Shown here piece after piece: positions 1 through 7,742 of a stretch of 64,000 bases of DNA. Source of the stretch: Gammaproteobacteria bacterium (GTDB lineage Bacteria > Pseudomonadota > Gammaproteobacteria > UBA4575). The notes beneath the pieces were generated by a model. The model was not told where the DNA came from. It ran no database searches and saw only the letters and a program-made list of their open reading frames with translations. Made by a program: the position numbers and the translations under genes. The stretch is from NCBI GenBank assembly GCA_965243395.1, contig CBDEUS010000002.1, forward strand, positions 992,001 to 1,056,000, written 5' to 3'. Numbering within the stretch: position 1 is the first letter of the stretch; the number at the start of each line of letters is the position of its first letter.

Positions 1-549
1 GCATTAGACGCAAAAATTAATCTTGATGACAATGCTTTGTTTCGACATAAGCAGTTGCAATCTTTTTATGATCCAGCACAACAAAATCAAGTAGAAGCAA
101 AAGCTAAAAAGCTAGGCCTAAATTATATTAAACTTGACGGAAACATAGGTTGCATTGTTAATGGTGCTGGATTGGCTATGGCAACAATGGATTTAATAAA
201 GCATCATGGAGGCGAACCTGCAAACTTTCTTGACGTCGGAGGCGGAACAACACAAGGGAAAGTATCAGAAGCATTTAAACTCGTTTCAAGTGATGCTTCA
301 GTAGAAGCCATTTTTGTGAATATATTCGGTGGAATAGTGCGGTGTGATTTAATCGCGCAAGGAATATTAGATGCCCAAAAAGAAATGAGTAAGAATGAAA
401 TTGCTCTTAATGTTCCTATCATTGTACTTTTACAAGGTACTAACGCAGATGAAGGAAAAAAAATTCTAGAAAATCAATCTTCTAAAATAATTCCGGTGGA
501 TAACCTTACCGATGGCGCGAAGAAAGCAATAGCTTTAGCATCCTCATAA
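1..549 (+). CDS. sucC: Succinate--CoA ligase beta subunit (5'-truncated by window edge)
   Basis: Frame 1 open from base 1 ([16 protein letters not shown]); [20 protein letters not shown] and [10 protein letters not shown] motifs; adjacent to sucD. Confidence 0.97.
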   Translation, partial: ALDAKINLDDNALFRHKQLQSFYDPAQQNQVEAKAKKLGLNYIKLDGNIGCIVNGAGLAMATMDLIKHHGGEPANFLDVGGGTTQGKVSEAFKLVSSDASVEAIFVNIFGGIVRCDLIAQGILDAQKEMSKNEIALNVPIIVLLQGTNADEGKKILENQSSKIIPVDNLTDGAKKAIALASS

Positions 550-571
550 AACTAAAAATGGATTTAAATTC

Positions 572-1444
572 GTGAGTATTCTCATAAACAAAAATACTAA
601 AGTGCTTTGTCAGGGATTGACAGGCGCACAAGGAAGCTTTCATACACAACAAGCTCTCGATTATGGAACTCAAGTTGTGGCCGGAGTTACACCTGGTAAG
701 GGCGGAGAATCTGTTTTGAATTTACCTGTTTATAACACAGTAAGCAGTGCGTTAACTGAACATCATATTGATGCAAGTGTGATATATGTGCCCGCAGCAT
801 TTGCTGCAGATGCCATTCTTGAATCCATCAACGCTGGAATAAAGCTTATTGTTTGCATCACAGAAGGGATTCCCGTCTTAGATATGGTAAAAGTGAACGC
901 TGTTCTTAAAGACAGTGAGTCCCTGCTAATTGGGCCAAACTGCCCAGGTATTATCACACCAGATGAATGTAAGATTGGTATTATGCCGGGCGATATTCAT
1001 CGCACAGGTAAGGTGGGTATTGTTTCTCGCTCAGGCACACTTACTTATGTTGCAGTTAACCAAACCACGCAGCATGGCTTGGGTCAGTCAACATGTATCG
1101 GAATTGGAGGTGATCCCATACACGGTCTTAATTTTATTGATTGTTTGCAAATGTTCAATGAAGACGAAGATACAGATGGAATCATTATGGTCGGTGAAAT
1201 TGGGGGAACAGCAGAAGAAGAAGCGGCTGAATATATTCAGCAAAATATTACTAAACCGGTAGTAGCCTACATTGCGGGTGTTACTGCACCACCAGGAAAG
1301 CGCATGGGTCATGCAGGTGCCATTGTTAGTGGCGGTAAAGGGACTGCTGAACAAAAATATACCGCATTGGAAAAAGCAGGAGTGAATACTGTTAGAACGC
1401 CTGCAGAAATCGGTAAACAAATAAGCGAACTACTGAAGCGTTGA
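572..1444 (+). CDS. sucD: Succinate--CoA ligase alpha subunit
   Basis: [16 protein letters not shown] and RMGHAGA phospho-His motif. Confidence 0.98.
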   Translation: MSILINKNTKVLCQGLTGAQGSFHTQQALDYGTQVVAGVTPGKGGESVLNLPVYNTVSSALTEHHIDASVIYVPAAFAADAILESINAGIKLIVCITEGIPVLDMVKVNAVLKDSESLLIGPNCPGIITPDECKIGIMPGDIHRTGKVGIVSRSGTLTYVAVNQTTQHGLGQSTCIGIGGDPIHGLNFIDCLQMFNEDEDTDGIIMVGEIGGTAEEEAAEYIQQNITKPVVAYIAGVTAPPGKRMGHAGAIVSGGKGTAEQKYTALEKAGVNTVRTPAEIGKQISELLKR

Positions 1445-1462
1445 GCATTTCTGATTATTAAT

Positions 1463-3091
1463 ATGAAAGAAGTTCTAAATATTTCTTTGGCTCAGCTTAA
1501 TTTTTTAGTTGGTGATGTAGAGGGGAACACACAGCAAATTATTAATGCAGCAAAACAAGCACGTGATCAAAATTCAGCGGATATCATCGTATTCACTGAA
1601 CTAGCTATCACAGGTTATCCACTTGAAGACTTATTGTTCCGCTCATCATTGATGGTGCGTGTTCAAAATGCACTCGAAAAAATAAAAACTGAAGTTGAAG
1701 ACATATATTTGTTAATCGGTGCACCTACAAAAGAGGGTCATGAGTTATTTAATTCTGCACTTTTGATTTATAACTCGAAAACCATAGCTACTTATCATAA
1801 ACACCAGTTGCCAAACTACGAAGTGTTTGATGAAAAACGTTATTTTAGTTCTGGTAGTGCAGCATGTGTTGCAAATGTAAAAGGAGTCAATATTGGCATA
1901 ACGATATGTGAAGATATCTGGTTTGCAGAACCTATTTCTAAAAGTAAACAAGCTGGTGCAGAGTTGCTTATTAATATTAATGCGAGCCCGTATCAATTCA
2001 ACAAAACCAATATGCGAACTGAAGTATTAAAGCAACGTATTTCTGAGCAAAATATTCCAGTTGTGTACGTAAACCAAGTTGGAGGGCAAGATGAGCTTGT
2101 ATTTGACGGTGAATCATTATGCTTAAACAAAACAGGTGAACTTTGTTTACAAGCACCAGTATTTGAAAGCGGTGCTTTTACAATTTCATATTCTAAAACT
2201 GAAAATGATTTGCTTAAGAGTGCGTGTATTAATAAATGTCTAACAAAGGCAGCTTCAATATACCGAGCATTAGTTCTGGGCGTAAAAGACTATGTGCAAA
2301 AAAATTCTTTTTCTGGTGTCGTATTGGGATTGTCTGGAGGTGTTGACTCGGCATTAACGTTAACCATTGCAGTTGATGCTCTGGGTGCTGAGAACGTACA
2401 TGCGGTAATGATGCCTTTTCACTATACATCTGATATGAGTAAAGAGGATTCGAATAAGCTTGCTTCTGCAATGAGTGTGCATTTGGATGAGATTCCTATC
2501 GAGGGATCATTTGATGCATTGATAAATTCTCTTGAGCCTATATTTAGGGATTTACCTGTAGGTGTAACAGAAGAGAATCTTCAGTCTCGAATTCGAGGCG
2601 TATTGCTCATGGCAATATCAAATAAGATGGGTAATATGTTGCTAACTACAGGAAATAAAAGTGAAATGTCAGTTGGCTATGCAACACTTTACGGTGATAT
2701 GGCTGGCGGATTTGCGCCATTGAAAGATGTTTCTAAAACGATGGTTTACGAGTTAGCAAAGTATAGAAATACAATTTCAGATGTTATTCCAGAAAGAATT
2801 ATTACACGAGCACCCTCTGCAGAACTAGCACCAGACCAGGTAGATCAAGACAGTTTGCCACCTTATGAAATTCTTGACCCTATTCTTGAGATGTTTGTTG
2901 AACAGGATTGTACATTAGAAGAAATAGTAGCAAGTGGTTTTAGTGAACATGTGGTAAGGCGAGTTATCAAAATGGTATTACGCAACGAGTATAAACGACG
3001 GCAAGCACCGCCAGGTGTTAAAATTACTTCACGCGCATATGGAAAAGATCGACGTTATCCAATTACTTCGGGATTTTTAAAAAATATTTAA
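1463..3091 (+). CDS. nadE: Glutamine-dependent NAD+ synthetase
   Basis: N-terminal nitrilase domain (ELAITGY, ICEDIW); SGGVDS, TGNKSE and GYATLYGD motifs. Confidence 0.96.
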   Translation: MKEVLNISLAQLNFLVGDVEGNTQQIINAAKQARDQNSADIIVFTELAITGYPLEDLLFRSSLMVRVQNALEKIKTEVEDIYLLIGAPTKEGHELFNSALLIYNSKTIATYHKHQLPNYEVFDEKRYFSSGSAACVANVKGVNIGITICEDIWFAEPISKSKQAGAELLININASPYQFNKTNMRTEVLKQRISEQNIPVVYVNQVGGQDELVFDGESLCLNKTGELCLQAPVFESGAFTISYSKTENDLLKSACINKCLTKAASIYRALVLGVKDYVQKNSFSGVVLGLSGGVDSALTLTIAVDALGAENVHAVMMPFHYTSDMSKEDSNKLASAMSVHLDEIPIEGSFDALINSLEPIFRDLPVGVTEENLQSRIRGVLLMAISNKMGNMLLTTGNKSEMSVGYATLYGDMAGGFAPLKDVSKTMVYELAKYRNTISDVIPERIITRAPSAELAPDQVDQDSLPPYEILDPILEMFVEQDCTLEEIVASGFSEHVVRRVIKMVLRNEYKRRQAPPGVKITSRAYGKDRRYPITSGFLKNI

Positions 3092-3092
3092 A

Positions 3093-3995
3093 CTAGTTAC
3101 AGTAATAAGTTCTAAGTTTAAGCTTTTCTAACATTTTCTCTAATAAGCTCTCTGCGCAAGTATGATTTTCTTGTGCAAATTTCTCATCGATTACACCACC
3201 TTTACCAGTCTGGTAGTTTTGTGCATATATGCGATGTGTATCGTTAGCTAAATCTTCAATACCAAGTGATATATAGGCTTGTTCTAGTATATATACGGCT
3301 TCAGGCATTATTTCGGCACCCTGATAGTTTTCCATGACATACTTCGCGCGATTAGCGGCTGCAACATAAGCCCCGCGTTTCATATAAAATCTTGCAACTT
3401 TCACTTCATATTCGGCAAGCTCGTTACGCAAATAAATCATGCGTAATTTTGCGTCATCAGCATATTCACTTTCAGGATATTTCTCGATTAACAATCTAAA
3501 AATCTCAAAGGCTTCTCGAAGAGAGGTTGGGTCATTGTTAGACGGGTCACGTTTAAGAACATAATGAATCAAGTTTTTTCCGCTATCAAAAGTAATTAAG
3601 CCTTTCATATAGTAAGCATAATCAATACTTGGATGTTGCGGGTTTAATTGAATAAATCGATTTATAGTACTTAAGGCTTGTTCTACATTGTTTTGTTTAT
3701 AATAAGCAAAAGTTAGTTCAAGTAATCCTTGTTGCGCATAGCGCCCAAACGGGTAACGGCTTTGTAATAACTCAAATTGCTCAACTGCTCCTGTAAAATC
3801 TCGTGCGTTTAATGATTGATGTGCTTTTTTATATAATTTAGCAGCGGAGTCATCAGCAGCAATCTCCGGATCCTTTTCTTCATCGTCTTTGCCAAACGGC
3901 CACAATGACGAGCAGCTACTGATAGACGCTATGAGTAATAGCATTATTACAGCCTGCCAAATGGATCTTTTTCTTTGAAGTGTATAGTCTTTCAT
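3093..3995 (-). CDS. bamD: Outer membrane protein assembly factor BamD lipoprotein (likely start 3995)
   Basis: Lipobox-like ISSC; TPR-like RYPFGRYAQQ and YVAAANRA; divergent from rluD as in the conserved locus. Confidence 0.93.
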   Translation of the reverse strand: MKDYTLQRKRSIWQAVIMLLLIASISSCSSLWPFGKDDEEKDPEIAADDSAAKLYKKAHQSLNARDFTGAVEQFELLQSRYPFGRYAQQGLLELTFAYYKQNNVEQALSTINRFIQLNPQHPSIDYAYYMKGLITFDSGKNLIHYVLKRDPSNNDPTSLREAFEIFRLLIEKYPESEYADDAKLRMIYLRNELAEYEVKVARFYMKRGAYVAAANRAKYVMENYQGAEIMPEAVYILEQAYISLGIEDLANDTHRIYAQNYQTGKGGVIDEKFAQENHTCAESLLEKMLEKLKLRTYYCN

Positions 3996-4059
3996 AGGAT
4001 TGAAAGTATAACCATTTTTGTTATGAATCCGTACCAAAATACACTTTAGATATTCAAAA

Positions 4060-5010
4060 ATGTCAGATAGAGAAATAATAATAGGTGTGATACCTGATGA
4101 ATATAAAGGTTTACGCTTAGACCACGCATTGGCGAAAATGTATCCAGACTATTCGCGAGCACGCCTGCAAAAATGGATAAAATCAGGCGCAATCACGGTT
4201 GATGGAAACATGCTGCGTCCTAAAGACGATATTGGGGGTGGAGAGAGAGTAGAAATAGAAATAATTCCAGAAGATGAAGTATTTCTAAAACCTGAAGCCA
4301 TACCTTTAAATATTAACCATGAGGATGACCAAATAATTGTGGTAAATAAACCTTCAGGTTTAGTTGTACATCCGGGTGCGGGAAATTCAAGTGGTACCCT
4401 GGCGAATGCTTTATTACACCATTTCCCAGATATACGAATGGTGCCGAGAGTAGGTATTGTGCACAGGCTCGATAAAGATACTACAGGGTTATTAGTAATT
4501 GCTAAAAACATTAAAACGCAGACAAATTTGGTTGAACAATTACAACAAAGAATAGTTTCTCGAAATTATATTGCACTTGTACATGGCGAAATTATTTCCG
4601 GTGGAACAATTGAAAATCCGATAGGAAGGCACTCAGTTGACCGTAAAAAAATGGCGGTGAAGCCCACCGGTGGAAGAGATGCGATCACACATTATCGAAT
4701 TCGCAAAAAATTTACAGGCTTTACTTTATTAGATGTTAGTTTAGAAACTGGGAGAACACATCAAATACGTGTGCATATGTCTTATCAAAAGCATCCTATT
4801 GTTGGAGATAAAGTGTATGGTCGAAAAATTAATCCTGGTAAAAAAGCTGTACTTACATTACTTGCGAAATTTCCACGCCAAGCCTTACATGCAGCTGAGT
4901 TGTCATTCAAGCATCCGAAAACTAATCAACAAGTTTCATTTAAAGCGCCCATTCCTAATGACTTTCATGCGTTGATCGATGCGCTCGAAAAAGCAGATCA
5001 TGAAGCTTGA
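4060..5010 (+). CDS. rluD: 23S rRNA pseudouridine synthase RluD
   Basis: S4 domain; VHRLDKDTTG and LETGRTHQIRVH motifs. Confidence 0.96.
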   Translation: MSDREIIIGVIPDEYKGLRLDHALAKMYPDYSRARLQKWIKSGAITVDGNMLRPKDDIGGGERVEIEIIPEDEVFLKPEAIPLNINHEDDQIIVVNKPSGLVVHPGAGNSSGTLANALLHHFPDIRMVPRVGIVHRLDKDTTGLLVIAKNIKTQTNLVEQLQQRIVSRNYIALVHGEIISGGTIENPIGRHSVDRKKMAVKPTGGRDAITHYRIRKKFTGFTLLDVSLETGRTHQIRVHMSYQKHPIVGDKVYGRKINPGKKAVLTLLAKFPRQALHAAELSFKHPKTNQQVSFKAPIPNDFHALIDALEKADHEA

Positions 5011-5737
5011 ATATATTAAACCCGATTGGGCTGCGCCGGAAAATATTTCCTGTGTGACTACAACTCGTGTGGGTGGATATAGTAATAATGAATATTCATC
5101 TTTGAATTTAGGCGGGCATGTTAAAGATGCTATTAATAATGTTGAGCAAAATCGAAATTTAATATTAAAAGATCTTAAACTTCCCAGCAGCCCTGTTTGG
5201 TTAGAGCAGGTACATGGTTCAATTGTATTGGAATTAAATGATAGAACATCTGAAAATACTGTTGCGGATGCAGCTTATACTCAACAAAAAGGAATCGTTT
5301 GTGCTGTGCTCACCGCAGATTGTTTACCAATCGTATTTTGTGATCACAAAGGTCAATATGTTGCCGTTGCTCATGGAGGTTGGCGGGGATTAGTTGGAGG
5401 CATTATCGAAAACACTTTACAAGCATTGCCTGTTGCTAATGAAGAAATGATGTGTTGGTTAGGTCCTGCCATCGGTCCGAATAAATTTGAAGTAGGCAAA
5501 GAAGTCTTTGAACAATTTCTAGAAAAAGATGTTATTAATGAAAATGCGTTTCAAACACAAGAAAATGGAAAATATTTAGCTAATATTTATCAATTAGCCA
5601 AAAACATTCTTGCTAAAGAAAGTGTGGCGCAAGTGTATGGTGGTCAGTATTGCACCCATACTGAAAGCGATAAGTTTTATTCCTACCGAAGAGATGGTGA
5701 AGCAGGGAGAATGGCAACACTCATCTGGCGTGATTAG
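5000..5737 (+). CDS. pgeF: Peptidoglycan editing factor PgeF (YfiH)
   Basis: LNLGGHV, EQVHG, VLTADCLP, HGGWRGL and FYSYRRDG; follows rluD; ATG at 5000. Confidence 0.95.
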   Translation: MKLEYIKPDWAAPENISCVTTTRVGGYSNNEYSSLNLGGHVKDAINNVEQNRNLILKDLKLPSSPVWLEQVHGSIVLELNDRTSENTVADAAYTQQKGIVCAVLTADCLPIVFCDHKGQYVAVAHGGWRGLVGGIIENTLQALPVANEEMMCWLGPAIGPNKFEVGKEVFEQFLEKDVINENAFQTQENGKYLANIYQLAKNILAKESVAQVYGGQYCTHTESDKFYSYRRDGEAGRMATLIWRD

Positions 5738-5792
5738 TGAGCACTTGGATGTGCGAATAAGAGTTGCAACAGGGATGTTGCTTCAGTTTCAA
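5734..5792 (+). repeat. End element copy A (two GGA-loop hairpins), starting at the pgeF TAG
   Basis: TTAGTGAGCACTTGGATGTGCGAATAAGAGTTGCAACAGGGATGTTGCTTCAGTTTCAA; 56/59 identical to the reverse complement of 54991-55049. Confidence 0.92.
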
Positions 5793-5810
5793 AGTTAACT
5801 AATCTCGATT

Positions 5811-5838
5811 ATTTCTGCTTACGGCCAATAGCGGACAT
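5811..5838. repeat. 28-bp palindromic site 1
   Basis: ATTTCTGCTTA-CGGCCA-ATAGCGGACAT. Confidence 0.88.
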
Positions 5839-6146
5839 TATTTTAAATCATCATGTTCAAATTCGTCGCGATAGGTATTAGGTTTGCGATACTTGCTAAA
5901 TATAATGCTATTGAAAGGCCATGGAATAAACTTTCTAGGAATAGCATTTGGTGAATGCTGATTAACAAGATATAAGACAATAGATGCGCCAATAAACGGC
6001 ACAAGCCAGCAAATTACCATTTGTGCATTTCTTTGGAAAGGTTCTAGTGTTTCATCATATTTTGCTGCAACACTTCCAATAAATGCAAGCCAGAGCCAAA
6101 ATAAGAAAAGCACAATAACGAAAAGTAGTGATATAAATTCAAACAT
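5838..6146 (-). CDS. Hypothetical membrane protein (cassette gene 1)
   Basis: 102 aa, two hydrophobic helices; TAA overlaps site 1. Confidence 0.8.
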   Translation of the reverse strand: MFEFISLLFVIVLFLFWLWLAFIGSVAAKYDETLEPFQRNAQMVICWLVPFIGASIVLYLVNQHSPNAIPRKFIPWPFNSIIFSKYRKPNTYRDEFEHDDLK

Positions 6147-6156
6147 ATTTGTATTT

Positions 6157-6184
6157 ATGTCTCCTAACGGCCAATAGCGGACAT
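6157..6184. repeat. 28-bp palindromic site 2
   Basis: ATGTCTCCTAA-CGGCCA-ATAGCGGACAT; 6167-6187 identical to 5821-5841. Confidence 0.9.
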
Positions 6185-6810
6185 TATGGAGCTGAGCATC
6201 CTAGAGCTAATCTAAGTGTTGATTCATCTTTTGCTTTTGAGTCTTTTGGATAAAACAAGCTTAAACATGCATATGATTCCATTATTTTTTCAGAAAATTT
6301 CTTAATATCTTGACCATGTATATGAAGCAATTTTCCAGCTTTAATGTAATAGGCATTTTCATGAACAAATGTATCCTCAGGTTTTACAGTTCTCCTAACA
6401 AATACATATCTGATTCCGTTCTCAAGGATCTTATCTTCAATTACTTCAGAATGAATATCTTCATTTGTTGTTAAAACTTTTTTAAACGCCTCATCCCCTG
6501 GATACATCCCTATCCTTATTTCTGGTCGTAAAGATAGATTATATGGTTCATCAAGTGCATGATATAGCCTCAATCCATTTATATTGAGCTGCCCAATGTA
6601 TCGATTAGATATAGAAATGTACCCGTCTAATGCCTGATAGATTACTTTATTAGCTATTTGCTCATCCGTAACACCTTTAGAAATGATTAATCTATCTGGT
6701 AATGATTTCCCAATAAGAAAACCATTCGCAAAACTAAGAACTGAGATAATTAATACCGAAATTAATAAAAGCAATATAGTCACAGGATTAAACTTGGAGG
6801 TTATATACAT
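6184..6810 (-). CDS. Hypothetical membrane-anchored/exported protein (cassette gene 2)
   Basis: 208 aa, N-terminal hydrophobic segment; TAA overlaps site 2. Confidence 0.8.
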   Translation of the reverse strand: MYITSKFNPVTILLLLISVLIISVLSFANGFLIGKSLPDRLIISKGVTDEQIANKVIYQALDGYISISNRYIGQLNINGLRLYHALDEPYNLSLRPEIRIGMYPGDEAFKKVLTTNEDIHSEVIEDKILENGIRYVFVRRTVKPEDTFVHENAYYIKAGKLLHIHGQDIKKFSEKIMESYACLSLFYPKDSKAKDESTLRLALGCSAP

Positions 6811-6846
6811 TTTATCTTGTAGGCTTCATTTCATATCTTATGCAAT

Positions 6847-6874
6847 ATATCTGCCTTGAGTCGTAAGCAGTCAT
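6847..6874. repeat. 28-bp palindromic site 3
   Basis: ATATCTGCCTT-GAGTCG-TAAGCAGTCAT. Confidence 0.82.
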
Positions 6875-7167
6875 CAGCTAAATATGGAACTAAATATTTC
6901 ACCTATGGTTTCAAACACACCTGCTACACCCTCGAAAATTGCTTCTAGAAAACTGACTAAGCACTCAAGAATGCTTTCACTACTGCTGACTACTGGTACT
7001 GATATGCCGCTTAATGCAGCTAATATAATTATTGAAGGAATCAGAGTGACATCTGCGATAAAAATATATATAACAGAACCTATTAATGTGAATGCACAAA
7101 TTGTATTTAACAACCTAACGAGAATTGACTTTTGTCTTCTGTTTTTCATATATCTTTCTCTGCTCAA
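6874..7167 (-). CDS. Hypothetical membrane protein (cassette gene 3; alternative ATG at 7149)
   Basis: Basic N-terminus, two TM-like helices, acidic amphipathic tail; TGA overlaps site 3. Confidence 0.78.
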   Translation of the reverse strand: MSRERYMKNRRQKSILVRLLNTICAFTLIGSVIYIFIADVTLIPSIIILAALSGISVPVVSSSESILECLVSFLEAIFEGVAGVFETIGEIFSSIFS

Positions 7168-7177
7168 AACTATTTAA

Positions 7178-7205
7178 ATGTCCGCTTTGGGTCGTTAGCT
7201 GTCAT
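7178..7205. repeat. 28-bp palindromic site 4
   Basis: ATGTCCGCTTT-GGGTCG-TTAGCTGTCAT. Confidence 0.9.
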
Positions 7206-7486
7206 TCAGATGTTAACCCACATTTTTGGCATTTTCTTGGCCACCAACTGTAGTAGCTAATAATCTTTTTACAGGATGGACATTTAGAATATCTAATCGC
7301 AACAAAGAGCGAAACAAGCCCAACTACTTGTAGAATAATTATTAGTATTGAAGGATTTACAGGAAGGTTTACTAACTCATGTTGATAATGTCTAACAATA
7401 ATAGCAGGAATCCAAAAGCACAATGCTATTAAAGTAAAAAGGATTCGCTTGAATCGGTGCTCTTTAAATAACAGTTGATTATTCAT
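7202..7486 (-). CDS. Hypothetical 2-TM protein with C-terminal CxxC...CxxC zinc ribbon (cassette gene 4)
   Basis: KCPSCKK...KCQKCG; TGA lies inside site 4. Confidence 0.82.
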   Translation of the reverse strand: MNNQLLFKEHRFKRILFTLIALCFWIPAIIVRHYQHELVNLPVNPSILIIILQVVGLVSLFVAIRYSKCPSCKKIISYYSWWPRKCQKCGLTSE

Positions 7487-7515
7487 ACTGGGTGAAGTAT
7501 TTCAGACTTAATTGA

Positions 7516-7543
7516 ATGTCCGCTTTGGGTCGTAAACGGACAT
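7516..7543. repeat. 28-bp palindromic site 5
   Basis: ATGTCCGCTTT-GGGTCG-TAAACGGACAT; 7515-7533 identical to 7177-7195. Confidence 0.9.
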
Positions 7544-7557
7544 TCTAATTAAGAATA

Positions 7558-7611
7558 GAATCGGTTGCATCGTCCCTGATGGACATCATATTCGCGCTTC
7601 CCTGCGCTCAC
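7558..7611 (-). repeat. End element copy B (diverged, inverted relative to copy A)
   Basis: Minus strand GTGAGCGCAGGGAAGCGCGAATATGATGTCCATCAGGGACGATGC: same GTGAGC...GCGAATA frame and two GGA hairpins with different but still paired stems. Confidence 0.8.
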
Positions 7612-7680
7612 ATCCCAGCGCTTACTACATATTCTGTGCTCTTGGCCGATGAATAGAATATATTAATTCACTTCTCAGGC

Positions 7681-7708
7681 CTTGAAATAGCTAGGGTTGC
7701 CCCCATCT
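7681..7708 (+). promoter_or_regulatory. Sigma-32 (RpoH) promoter of clpB
   Basis: CTTGAA-N14-CCCCATCT matches the RpoH consensus, upstream of clpB. Confidence 0.85.
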
Positions 7709-7742
7709 CAAAGACAAAGTTTATGAATATGGAGTTGTCAGG

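Larger units (their letters stand above)
5737..7611. mobile_element. Putative gene-cassette array/islet: inverted end elements, five 28-bp palindromic sites, four orphan genes
   Basis: Interrupts the usual pgeF-clpB adjacency; one gene between each pair of sites; related end elements in inverted orientation; no recombinase gene in the window. Confidence 0.75.

Noticed and set aside
5610-5798. ORFs 5610-5798 (+) and 54838-55038 (-) sharing the peptide DVRIRVATG
   Set aside because: The similarity is just the translated end-element repeat; both overlap real genes.
5811-5838. Chromosomal dif or pdif (XerC/D) site
   Set aside because: Same length and geometry, but no TTATGTTAAAT XerD arm; the arms are near-symmetric ATGTCCGC.
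6884-7177. Plus-strand 97-aa ORF antisense to cassette gene 3
   Set aside because: Shadow ORF; the minus-strand ORF has TM character and fits the stop-in-site pattern.
5811-7543. CRISPR array or classical integron/CALIN reading of the 28-bp repeats
   Set aside because: Spacers are 300-660 bp whole genes and there are no cas genes. The sites are too short for attC and lack the RYYYAAC...GTTRRRY pairing (only site 2 has a GTTAGGA look-alike). No intI in the window.
7632-7659. Possible extra degenerate 28-bp site with a TGGCCG core outside end element B
   Set aside because: The left arm matches only about half the consensus and the right arm hardly at all.
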